Shown one piece after another: positions 1 to 8,780 of a stretch of DNA of 64,000 nucleotides (position 1 is the first letter of the stretch; each line of letters starts with the position of its first letter). Source of the stretch: a virus. The notes under the pieces were generated by a model. That model was given only the letters and a program-made list of their open reading frames with translations. It was not told where the DNA came from and searched no databases. The stretch is taken from positions 37,941 through 101,940 of the IMG/VR virus record IMGVR_UViG_3300046753_000522. One strand, 5' to 3'. The translations under genes were made by a program, and so were the position numbers.

Positions 1-342
1 GGAACCAGATGCAACATGAACAAGGTCAGCAGAACCTGTTACCTCGGAATCAGAGCAAGTGAGGTCGCCAGCAGCGACTGCCTTATTTTCAGCAACGCCG
101 TTGACAGTAGAATCGCCTGATACGAGTGTACCAGGACCGATGCTCCTAGATCCACCCTTGCCATGAACAAAGGAGGGACTGCTAAACAGTTGTACTTTAG
201 CGTCTCCTGGACCGTTACGTGCCTCTGCTGAAACAGAAGCATCCTGAGCATCGAGTGTAACCCCCAAAATGTGTATGCGTTTAACATACCCGTGGGTTAC
301 ATATCCGTCTTCAATGTATTCTATCAGTTGGTAAGTTGACAC
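1..342 (-). CDS. Putative virion structural protein, 5' part (runs off the window)
   Basis: Not in the ORF track. GTG at 342 opens a frame with no stop to base 1 (VSTYQLIEYIEDGYVTHGYVKR...DSEVTGSADLVHVASGS). Rich in small residues; CTAAATA late-promoter variant at 381-387. Confidence 0.6.
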   Translation of the reverse strand, partial: MSTYQLIEYIEDGYVTHGYVKRIHILGVTLDAQDASVSAEARNGPGDAKVQLFSSPSFVHGKGGSRSIGPGTLVSGDSTVNGVAENKAVAAGDLTCSDSEVTGSADLVHVASGS

Positions 343-383
343 TTACTGACCTATTTCTTATTATTGCGGTCCATGAGATCTAT

Positions 384-1076
384 TTAGGGAGTTTGAATTT
401 CCTCCAGCAACATCTCAACCATTTTTTTGCCTGTTTCATCTACATTGAATATAAAAGCGACTGTTGCTCTGAGGCACTCCGTTTCTGCCATATGATATAC
501 TATTTCCTTTCCATCAGGAGAGGTCTCATATGCGCCATAATAACCAAACTTGCATTGCCATCCAGGTGTATCCTCGATGGTTACTATTTCTCTTTTCTTT
601 GGGTCCCAGTGTTTCCACCGACCCTTGCCCCCTTCAGACCAAGTGAAGAGGACGTTGTATGCATCGCAGTTTGCATTATTGTGCCAAGAGATATAACCTC
701 CAGGTGGATAAATGGCAAACAGCGCATTTCTTTTTGAACCAGTCCAAGAGTTGAGTTTAGACATCAGGCGAACATATTCTGCCATAAGTTCGCCTCTATC
801 GCAATCTAACTCTGGCGCTCTACCGCCTTCAAACCCAACTCCCGTCAAAAGTTCTGGATACCCATCATGGGCATTCCACAGTTTACGGATTCGATGTAGA
901 TACTCATCCGAGCAGAATTCATCGCGCCTTTCCAACATATCTTGTTGGCAATTTCTGTGAGTCTCAATGGGTGTAGATTTGAAGAACTGCACAAACTCTT
1001 CCAAAATTTCTAAAAGTTCTTCATTATGTATTTCGACAGATTGCATCATATCTGTCTTCTCAATTGTTTCGATCAT
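384..1076 (-). CDS. 2OG-Fe(II) oxygenase-like protein
   Basis: YPPGGYISWHNN ... VYH.A.T.C.R pattern typical of phage DSBH oxygenases, with HxN in place of HxD. Confidence 0.55.
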   Translation of the reverse strand: MIETIEKTDMMQSVEIHNEELLEILEEFVQFFKSTPIETHRNCQQDMLERRDEFCSDEYLHRIRKLWNAHDGYPELLTGVGFEGGRAPELDCDRGELMAEYVRLMSKLNSWTGSKRNALFAIYPPGGYISWHNNANCDAYNVLFTWSEGGKGRWKHWDPKKREIVTIEDTPGWQCKFGYYGAYETSPDGKEIVYHMAETECLRATVAFIFNVDETGKKMVEMLLEEIQTP

Positions 1077-1078
1077 GA

Positions 1079-3685
1079 TTAACTCACTCTGACGTATAAT
1101 GTAAATGTTTCTATTGTTTCGGAAGTATCTATAAGAGTGTCACCAGCATATTGCCCAGTGTACTGGTTGGTATAGGATCCAGCGTAATCTCCGCTGTATG
1201 TGCGATCACCAGAGAAATACCGAAGTCCTGTGAACGCGCTCGCGCCAGTATACTGCGAAGAGAATACACGATCGCCTTGATACTGTATGTTTCCGACAAA
1301 CTGGTTATCTGCTGTGTAATCGGTCGAGAATGTTCTCACTCCAGCGAATTGTCTTGTTCCTTGGAAGTTGGCAGATGTGCTGAAAGTATCTGGTTTGGTT
1401 CGACTTCCAGAGTATTGTCTCGGACCAGTGAAGTCTCCTGGAGTACTGAATGCTTGCGACGGCGCACGATCGCCAGAGTAGTTACGAGGTCCAACGAAGT
1501 TTTCTGGTCGACCAAATGGTTGCGTCCTTGACCTACTACCAGAATATTGTCGAGGTCCAGTAAAGTCTCCTGGTCGACCAAATGGTTGCGTCCTTGACCT
1601 ACTACCAGCAAATTGTCGACTTCCAGTGAAGTTACCTGGACCCGTGAAAGCATAATCCCTAACCCCAAGATACTGTACTGCGCGGTTTCCACCAAATGGT
1701 TGGTACACTACTCCAGGACGATACCAAGTTGTGTATCCGAGGTACTGGAATGGTCGATTCCCAGCAAAGACTCCAGGTCGAACGAATTGAGCAGGAACAT
1801 TTTGGGTATAATAGACCACCCTAGGACCAGCAAAAGACCTTGGTGCAGTGAAGGAAGAATTTCTTGCAAAACTTCCAGGACTTGGTGCTCCAGGTCGAAC
1901 ACCAGACCAGTTTAGCACAATTGTGCGACTCCCCGCGAAACTACGTGTGCCAGAAAATACCGAGACGATAGGTTGTCCGCTAAGGTTGACCAGGGGACTG
2001 GAAATCGGTGGAACATAGTACACCGAACTAAAAGATCTTTGTCCCACAAACGATCCGTTTGGGAAGTAGTACACGGCGGTGAACGACCCATTCGAGGGTG
2101 AACCACCACGAACGCCCGAAAAATACCGTATCCCTTGAAAGACTTGTTGCCCACCAGCAAAATTTTGCGATACCACTCCAGGTCGGAAAATGATCTGGTA
2201 TCCAGCAAATTGTCGCTGACCATTAAACTGCTGGGGCAAATACGCAGGGCGATAGTATGCAACTCCCCGAGAGTAATTTATCCCACGCGGTCCCGCAAAA
2301 TATTGATATATTACTGCAGGTCTGTATGCTGGTCTTGGTCCTGAAAATGCCCGCTGTCCACCAAAGGGTTGTGGACTTCTCGCGTATTGGTCAGAAAATG
2401 TTCTTGGTCCCGAAAAGGATCGAACCCCACCAAATGGTTGTTGACCTCCCGCGTACTCGCCAGAAAATGTTCTTGGTCCAGAATAGGATCGAACCCCAGC
2501 AAAGGTTTCTGGTGCACTAGCATACTGGCCAGAAAATGTTCTTGGACCCGAAAAGGTACGAACCCCAGCAAAGGTTTGAGGACTTCCTGCATAGTCTCCG
2601 GCAAAGTCACGCGTGCCAGCAAAAGAACGAACCCCAGCAAAGTCTGTTAGGGCAGAAGTGAAGTCGCCTGGATTATCTCTGAAACCAGAGAATCCCCGAA
2701 CTCCAGAAAATTGTTCGGGAGGAGCACCATAAGCAGAGGAATACGTTCTGTCTCCAGCAAATTGCCTCGTTCCCGCAAAGTCAGTGGGGTCAGAAGCATA
2801 GTCGCCAGCATAAGTTCTATCACCGCTGTACTGTACAGAAGAGAATCCGCTATACTGCCCAGCATACTGTTGACTCTCAGTAGTGTATCGAGTATCTACT
2901 GCTGCTCCTCTCGAAACCCAAGTTCCTGTATCTGTCGGTGCACCCTGCGCTGAACTTCTCAACTGGTAAGAACCAACCTGCCCTTGATCAAACTGTTTCC
3001 TGATCATTTGGCCAAAGGTGGTTGACACTTGGTCTTGGGTCATCGCCTGCAGACCATCGTTGTAGTCTGCCATTGGAATGACACCGTATGCGTCCCTGCG
3101 CACGTACATAGGAGAGCATGAGTCTGGCATAGTTCCAGAGGTTCTCTGCCAGATTGTATATGAGGTTACTGCGCCATCAGTAGTTGTATCGGTGAATACA
3201 TCACTAATAGAGGCGGTCCAGTCAGCACTTGGGGCAGATGCAGAGAGTCTGTATACTCCAGGATATTCTTGAGTTTCGATAATAGAAAGCAGAGAATTGC
3301 CGAGGGTTGACATTGTAGTCGAATTCATGTCACGAATACTTGTGGCAGAATCGGAATCCACCACTGGACGACGGAACGCCGACAACTCATCAGTTTCTAC
3401 CGTACCATCCTTTCTTTGAAAGAGATTGGTGGTTGTTGTTCCCACCGTGAGGGATGATGCTGGGTGCGTGCCCACAGGTTGCTCATAGAAAGTATTGACG
3501 AAACTGCCTATGAGGTTGTCGGAAGTGTCTCCCTCAACATTCAACGTAATTGAGGTGGCAGAATCTACGTCGGTTGCCAGATGTAACCCTGCTTGGTATG
3601 CAAGGTAATTGGCGTCCGAAGAAGATGCCCTCTTTAGATTACCGTTGTTATCCTTTAATACGACCGGAGTTGAACTTTGAGACAT
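1079..3685 (-). CDS. Putative fibre protein with long (F/Y)xGxR repeat region (paralog A)
   Basis: 868 aa; ~270 aa N-domain shared with 4974..7373; repeats of FAGxRxF; C-terminal ETFTLYVRVS; late promoter upstream. Confidence 0.65.
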   Translation of the reverse strand: MSQSSTPVVLKDNNGNLKRASSSDANYLAYQAGLHLATDVDSATSITLNVEGDTSDNLIGSFVNTFYEQPVGTHPASSLTVGTTTTNLFQRKDGTVETDELSAFRRPVVDSDSATSIRDMNSTTMSTLGNSLLSIIETQEYPGVYRLSASAPSADWTASISDVFTDTTTDGAVTSYTIWQRTSGTMPDSCSPMYVRRDAYGVIPMADYNDGLQAMTQDQVSTTFGQMIRKQFDQGQVGSYQLRSSAQGAPTDTGTWVSRGAAVDTRYTTESQQYAGQYSGFSSVQYSGDRTYAGDYASDPTDFAGTRQFAGDRTYSSAYGAPPEQFSGVRGFSGFRDNPGDFTSALTDFAGVRSFAGTRDFAGDYAGSPQTFAGVRTFSGPRTFSGQYASAPETFAGVRSYSGPRTFSGEYAGGQQPFGGVRSFSGPRTFSDQYARSPQPFGGQRAFSGPRPAYRPAVIYQYFAGPRGINYSRGVAYYRPAYLPQQFNGQRQFAGYQIIFRPGVVSQNFAGGQQVFQGIRYFSGVRGGSPSNGSFTAVYYFPNGSFVGQRSFSSVYYVPPISSPLVNLSGQPIVSVFSGTRSFAGSRTIVLNWSGVRPGAPSPGSFARNSSFTAPRSFAGPRVVYYTQNVPAQFVRPGVFAGNRPFQYLGYTTWYRPGVVYQPFGGNRAVQYLGVRDYAFTGPGNFTGSRQFAGSRSRTQPFGRPGDFTGPRQYSGSRSRTQPFGRPENFVGPRNYSGDRAPSQAFSTPGDFTGPRQYSGSRTKPDTFSTSANFQGTRQFAGVRTFSTDYTADNQFVGNIQYQGDRVFSSQYTGASAFTGLRYFSGDRTYSGDYAGSYTNQYTGQYAGDTLIDTSETIETFTLYVRVS
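1375..1640 (-). repeat. 66-bp (22-aa) coding tandem repeat, about 4 copies
   Basis: ctggtcgaccaaatggttgcgtccttgacctactaccag at 1504 and 1570; protein unit PGDFTGPRQYSGSRSRTQPFGR; limits approximate. Confidence 0.8.
2335..2640 (-). repeat. 69-bp (23-aa) coding tandem repeat, about 4 copies
   Basis: cagaaaatgttcttgg at 2392, 2461 and 2530; protein unit PxTFAGVRSFSGPRTFSGxYA; limits approximate. Confidence 0.8.
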
Positions 3686-3715
3686 TTTTTCAATGACCTA
3701 ATCTATGCTAGTCCT

Positions 3716-3723
3716 TATTTATA
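3716..3723 (-). promoter_or_regulatory. T4-type late promoter TATAAATA
   Basis: Exact consensus about 30 nt upstream of the 868-aa gene. Confidence 0.8.
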
Positions 3724-3733
3724 CAGGTCTAGT

Positions 3734-4495
3734 TTAGGGATTATCGTCCTCCTGATCGAATTTCTTTGCTTGACAGGAGAGGTGATATACAACAGTGTTC
3801 TCTGGCATCGGTTGCTTCGTTCTATCAAGGATTGCCCAGTAGTTCCAGCGCAAATCATTTTCGAAGATTCCGACCTTTAGGTCTTTATACTTGGGTTCTT
3901 TCTCAGTTAACCACCAAAGGGTAAATTGATCCCACATCGAAAGGTTTTCACGAGGATACAATTCGTCGTCAGGTTCGCCCTGTTCGTTAGTTGGCCACCA
4001 CTGATTCTTATTTTGTTTAATAAAGTACTCGTGCCAGTCTTTCATAAACTCCATCACCAACGGATTGCTGCTATCATACAGGCAGACAGCACCACAAAGC
4101 GTGAAGGTTCCTCCAGGGAACTCAGTATCCTTGAACACATACCACCGATCCCTCGGCAATCCCGTGAACATCATATCGTGGTCGCCAAGTTCGTCCCACA
4201 CCTTTGCGATATCTTCGTGGATAACCTCAGAGTCAGCATCGATATAGAATGTGAGGTCGTATGGAGTGTTCGCCATTCCCCACAACTTTTCTCGCACGCC
4301 GTTACCGCAAAGCAGAAGATCATCTGCTAGATCTGCTCTCTGGTCTAGAAATCTTTCTTCAGTTACGAGACAAACCTTTGCTTCAGGGTGATAGTCTTTA
4401 ATTGACTCAACAACATTACAGGCAAAGGAGTAGTAGCGATAGTGCCTTGATCCGACTACAACATAACCCCTAGTCTTTGATTGTGAACTCGACAC
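3734..4495 (-). CDS. Glycosyltransferase, GT-A fold (GT8-like)
   Basis: TPYDLTFYIDAD DxD motif; WDQ motif; RWNY. Confidence 0.75.
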   Translation of the reverse strand: MSSSQSKTRGYVVVGSRHYRYYSFACNVVESIKDYHPEAKVCLVTEERFLDQRADLADDLLLCGNGVREKLWGMANTPYDLTFYIDADSEVIHEDIAKVWDELGDHDMMFTGLPRDRWYVFKDTEFPGGTFTLCGAVCLYDSSNPLVMEFMKDWHEYFIKQNKNQWWPTNEQGEPDDELYPRENLSMWDQFTLWWLTEKEPKYKDLKVGIFENDLRWNYWAILDRTKQPMPENTVVYHLSCQAKKFDQEDDNP

Positions 4496-4931
4496 CGATT
4501 TCCTCCATCATAATCAATTGTGCATAACATTGCATCTCGAGCAAACTTTTAGATCTTCGAAGTTTACTCTTCAATTTCTTATTCTCGGTGTTTTTGACTT
4601 CTTCGATTTCGAGGATCCTTATCTTGGCATCAAATAGTTCTTCAAGTTCCCTTGCTTTTTGATTTGCCTTGCGTTCTTGTTCCTCGACTTCTTGCTCTTT
4701 TGCCTTACGAATTCGGCGCTCTTCAGTACTCGTGTCGATCGCCTCTTCACCGACCTGTTCCATCAACTCTTCCCAATCGGGGTTGACGTTCATTTCGGTG
4801 TCGAATTTACGGACCGTGAGAACCTGAGAAATTTCCCGACCTTCAGAGTCTGTGATGACGAGAATCGCTTCTGCGATCTCTTTCTCTTCATTATGCCAGA
4901 AGGCATTGTCTAACCACTTTCTTTTGCTCAT
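4470..4931 (-). CDS. Hypothetical protein (charged, coiled-coil; possible fibre assembly factor)
   Basis: 153 aa, closely packed between the fibre gene and the GT gene. Confidence 0.6.
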   Translation of the reverse strand: MSKRKWLDNAFWHNEEKEIAEAILVITDSEGREISQVLTVRKFDTEMNVNPDWEELMEQVGEEAIDTSTEERRIRKAKEQEVEEQERKANQKARELEELFDAKIRILEIEEVKNTENKKLKSKLRRSKSLLEMQCYAQLIMMEEIGVEFTIKD

Positions 4932-4973
4932 TTCATTCTCCTATCATAAAGCAATGATGTAGTGTTATGTATA

Positions 4974-7373
4974 TCAGGTATCGGATACCCTACAGTACAG
5001 AGTGAAGGTGTCGATTGTCTGAATTTGTGATGTGATCGTTTGACCAGTATACTGGTTTGAATACTGTGAAGTGTAGTTTCCAGCATAGACGCCAGTGTAA
5101 GTTCCACTGTATTGCGCAGTGTATGTAGTTGGAACTTGACCCGTAAACTGATTGTCACGAGGACCAGCGTAGGTTCCGATATAGTTTCTATCGCCCTGAT
5201 ACTGGTCCCCGCGCGAGGCAAAATTTCTGTCCCCTTGGTACTGCTTACCGTATGTCCTTTTACCTTGGAACTGAGTAGATCTGACGAATTGTTGTGTCGG
5301 AGAAGTAAAATCTCCAGGTTTTATTCTTGTGCCAGAGAAACTTCGGACACCAGCATATTGAATAGGCACAAGAGTATAGAATAATTGGTTTCTCACGTAG
5401 TTATTACTGAAACTTCTTTGCCCAGCAAATTGCTGCGGAGTGTTTCTTTGTCGACTTCCCTGGAAGGGGTATGGGAACGGACCGCCAAAGTTATTAGCAT
5501 AATTGTATAATCTGTAACCTTGGTATGGTCTTGGATAGTAATACTCAACAGGGTAATTGGAGATGAAATTACGTTGACCTGTAAAGAAACTTGGAACGAA
5601 TCTCACCCCAGCAAAGGCACGTGATCCTGCATAATATCCTGGAGAAGAATATAACACATTCCGTTGACCGTTATAGTATACGACTGAATAAGTCGAAAAA
5701 GATTCCCTGACACTAACAGGTTGATATGTTTCTCGACCCTGAATCGGAACGCCACCACTGGAGAAATTGAGGTTGTCATCCCCTTCGTCAACCACGGGGA
5801 TGATCGGGTTGAAGAAGTAGTAAAACGGAGTTGGGGTTGGAGTTGGAGTTGGTCTTGGACTTGGAGTTGGAGAACTATTGTAGCGGACTCCAGTATAAGA
5901 CTGTGTAACTCCTCTTCCAAAGGGTAATTGTCCAGGACGATATAGTCCTTGGAACTGCTGAGGTCCGCCACCGAAATTGCTACCTACTGTGCGTTGAGCA
6001 GGCGTTGCCCTGTTTCCAGCAAAGGGGTATGGACCCAGTGTTCTATAGTTTGTGGCATAGGAAGATGTGACCCCGAACCCAGCGAATGGTTGAAGTCCTC
6101 CAGGTTGAACCCTGTATCCGCTAAATGCCCTTGTACGAAATCCGGCATAGTCGCCACCGTATGAGATCTGGCGCACCCCAGCAAATGTTCTGTCTTTCTG
6201 GCGCGCACCAGAATAATATGAGGTTACGAAATTCGTAAGTGGTGTAAGACCCCCACGCTGAATTGGTCTTGTATAATCATCACTAAAAGATCTTTGCCCC
6301 GAAAACTGTCTGGTTCCGGCGAACTGCCTTGTTCCAGCATAGTCACCACTATAGTCTCTCTGTCCAGCATAGGTGCCTACAAAGTTCCGAGAACCTTGAT
6401 AACTGCCAGTGTAGTTTCTGTCACCTTGGAAATTAAATGTTCGGAATCCAGAGTATTGAGTGTCGACGTCAGCGAAAGAGACGCCTGTATACTGACCAGT
6501 GTACTGCCCAGTGTATTGCCTCGTGTATTGAGGACTTGTAAACTGTACCGTGGCATACTGCAAATCTTGTACGATATGTTGTGTGTCAGTTGCTGTACCT
6601 CTTGCAACCCACGTACCGCTTGCTGTAGGCGCTCCCTGCGCCGAGGAGCGTAGTTCGTAATCGCCCACCCCAGTTGTTGATTGACCGATCAAAAGGATCT
6701 CTCGTGCTATCTCCTTCGCCTCCTCCTTCGTTATCTCTCTTAGGTCAGGACTGACGCCATCATTGAGAGCAACGGGGAAGTGCACGGGAATATTCGGTTC
6801 TTCTACAATAGAATTTTGTGTCAGTCTCCAGATATGATAGATGATATCGCCGGAAGTGCGAGTATCGGTGAAAGCAGAATCAATCCACTTTGTCCAACCA
6901 GAACCTGGAGATGACTGAGAGAGTTTAAAGGCACCAGCAAATGTGTTTACATGAACCTGCCCTGCGATTCTCTGCGCTAACTCGAGTATTCCCGCATCTT
7001 GCATTTCATATATTTCGCCGTCACTATCTGTTACGACAGGAATGGGGTAGGAACGGATATATCGAGTAGTGCTGGCAGAGTCTGCCATTTGATATAGGTT
7101 GGTGCTGATTGTCCCTTCACTGATAGAAGTTCCAGGGTGAGTCCCGACAGGTTCGTTATAGAAGGTATCGACATATGTGCCGATGAGATCCGCATTGTCA
7201 GAGTCAAGGGTTAGACTCTTGCTGTATCGGTCAGTCGTATTAGGATAAGTTGTGATTATCTTTTCCGATGCCCAATACGCCATCCATTCTTCTAATGCGG
7301 CATCAGACTGCTGTACACTTCCGTCTCCAGCGCCCGTCTTTAGAGTCAGCGGTATTGATTCATATGATGACAT
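4974..7373 (-). CDS. Putative fibre protein with (F/Y)xGxR repeats and a central PT-rich stretch (paralog B)
   Basis: 799 aa; shares TFYxxPVGTHP, LRSSAQGAPT..GTWV.RG.A.DT and C-terminal TFTLYxRVS with paralog A. Confidence 0.65.
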   Translation of the reverse strand: MSSYESIPLTLKTGAGDGSVQQSDAALEEWMAYWASEKIITTYPNTTDRYSKSLTLDSDNADLIGTYVDTFYNEPVGTHPGTSISEGTISTNLYQMADSASTTRYIRSYPIPVVTDSDGEIYEMQDAGILELAQRIAGQVHVNTFAGAFKLSQSSPGSGWTKWIDSAFTDTRTSGDIIYHIWRLTQNSIVEEPNIPVHFPVALNDGVSPDLREITKEEAKEIAREILLIGQSTTGVGDYELRSSAQGAPTASGTWVARGTATDTQHIVQDLQYATVQFTSPQYTRQYTGQYTGQYTGVSFADVDTQYSGFRTFNFQGDRNYTGSYQGSRNFVGTYAGQRDYSGDYAGTRQFAGTRQFSGQRSFSDDYTRPIQRGGLTPLTNFVTSYYSGARQKDRTFAGVRQISYGGDYAGFRTRAFSGYRVQPGGLQPFAGFGVTSSYATNYRTLGPYPFAGNRATPAQRTVGSNFGGGPQQFQGLYRPGQLPFGRGVTQSYTGVRYNSSPTPSPRPTPTPTPTPFYYFFNPIIPVVDEGDDNLNFSSGGVPIQGRETYQPVSVRESFSTYSVVYYNGQRNVLYSSPGYYAGSRAFAGVRFVPSFFTGQRNFISNYPVEYYYPRPYQGYRLYNYANNFGGPFPYPFQGSRQRNTPQQFAGQRSFSNNYVRNQLFYTLVPIQYAGVRSFSGTRIKPGDFTSPTQQFVRSTQFQGKRTYGKQYQGDRNFASRGDQYQGDRNYIGTYAGPRDNQFTGQVPTTYTAQYSGTYTGVYAGNYTSQYSNQYTGQTITSQIQTIDTFTLYCRVSDT

Positions 7374-7384
7374 AATCTACGCTC

Positions 7385-8554
7385 TTATGGATTCAACAAC
7401 ACGCCAGAACGATCGTATACGTTTGGAATCCTCGCATTTAATTCGTCGACTATTTCGTGGATAGTAATCGAACTGATGTTTCCATTAGTTATACTACCAG
7501 GACCAGAAGATGGGATAGTTATCTCTCCCAAGAACTCTGCGTTGGCGCCAGTGAAATCGATGGCAGTTGTTGTACCAGATTGTATCCTAAGTTCGCCATT
7601 GTTATCGACTAGTCTCGCATAGGTAGTGCCATCCTCTTTCAAAGTGAGGAACCCGTCGCCGTTGTCAAGGGTGATTCCTGAGGAGGCATCGACCACAAAT
7701 GCGCCTGTCACATATCCAGTGTTAGTGGCACCCAGAGTCCAGTTGATTCTTTCTTGACCGCCATGCCTAAACTTGATGTTATTGCCACCAGCATCGAGAA
7801 TGATATCATCTTCGGCATCGATTTCGACACCATCGTCGCCGCTGATCCTCATATACCCAACCGCCTCAATAGTGGTAGAGTTTAAGAGGAAACGGAAGAC
7901 GTCTACATTATCGTCTTTGAATACAATTGTGCCTGCGTCAGCATCGAGAACGATGTCTTCAGTGGCATCAATGACATAGTTGCCATTTGATGCGACAGTG
8001 TTAGTTGGACCCATCGTGTGAGTCAGTCTTGTTGCGGCACCATCGCGGAAGTAGATATGATTTCCGTCAGCATCAAGAGTGATGTTTCCAGTGACGTCGA
8101 GTATGAAGTCGCCGTTGACCGTATTCTTCCAATCACCGTTCGTGATAATGTCTAACGCAGAGTCAGTAATGATCTGCCCAGCGTTTGCATCAAAGACTGC
8201 TTCGATCTCGTTGATAGCACCAACAACAGTCTTTGCTTCTGTGTGAGTCAATTGAGCAAAGTTACCGCCACCTGCGCCGTGCAGGTCACTATCCAACTCA
8301 TTGATGGCGACTACCAGATCAGTCTTGCCATGGATAGGAAGCATGTCGGTCGTACAACCATATCGGTCGACCGTTGACAATGCTTCTGTGGTGAGCATGT
8401 TACGATCACCAATAGCACTATCCAAGTATCGCAGATCGCTATCAACCACATCAGCGTTATCGTTCATGTGGAAGATCATCTGCTGGAAAGTATCAGTTGT
8501 CTCGTATATAATATGAGGAACTTTTACTGCTTCTGTAGGATTGCTCGATGCCAT
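7385..8554 (-). CDS. Virion structural protein (fibre/whisker-like)
   Basis: DLVVAINEL/TVVGAINEI motifs and repeated DIxLDAxG beta units typical of phage fibres. Confidence 0.6.
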   Translation of the reverse strand: MASSNPTEAVKVPHIIYETTDTFQQMIFHMNDNADVVDSDLRYLDSAIGDRNMLTTEALSTVDRYGCTTDMLPIHGKTDLVVAINELDSDLHGAGGGNFAQLTHTEAKTVVGAINEIEAVFDANAGQIITDSALDIITNGDWKNTVNGDFILDVTGNITLDADGNHIYFRDGAATRLTHTMGPTNTVASNGNYVIDATEDIVLDADAGTIVFKDDNVDVFRFLLNSTTIEAVGYMRISGDDGVEIDAEDDIILDAGGNNIKFRHGGQERINWTLGATNTGYVTGAFVVDASSGITLDNGDGFLTLKEDGTTYARLVDNNGELRIQSGTTTAIDFTGANAEFLGEITIPSSGPGSITNGNISSITIHEIVDELNARIPNVYDRSGVLLNP

Positions 8555-8555
8555 T

Positions 8556-8780
8556 TTATTTTACCAATTCCTTGACAAGTTCTTTGAGTTCTGCGATCTC
8601 AGAACGGAGTTCTTGAACCTCCGACTTCATTCTCGCGTCCTCTATCTTCTTTAGTTTCTTTTGTTCCTTGCGCTCACGGGCGCGTTGTATCTCTCTCACA
8701 TTGGTATTTATAATAGCACCCGTGGTCTCATCCTTATATAGATTTGGATGATGCACAATTTTCTTGTACTGTGAACCCAT
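8556..8780 (-). CDS. Small conserved coiled-coil protein
   Basis: HPNLYKDETTGAIIN plus coiled coil; usual neighbour of the DUF4815 gene in T4-like phages. Confidence 0.65.
   Translation of the reverse strand: MGSQYKKIVHHPNLYKDETTGAIINTNVREIQRARERKEQKKLKKIEDARMKSEVQELRSEIAELKELVKELVK

Noticed and set aside
1375-2640. 66-bp and 69-bp repeats as a CRISPR array or DGR template/variable repeat
   Set aside because: They are in-frame coding repeats with no unique spacers; no cas or reverse transcriptase gene is in the window; differences are not adenine-specific
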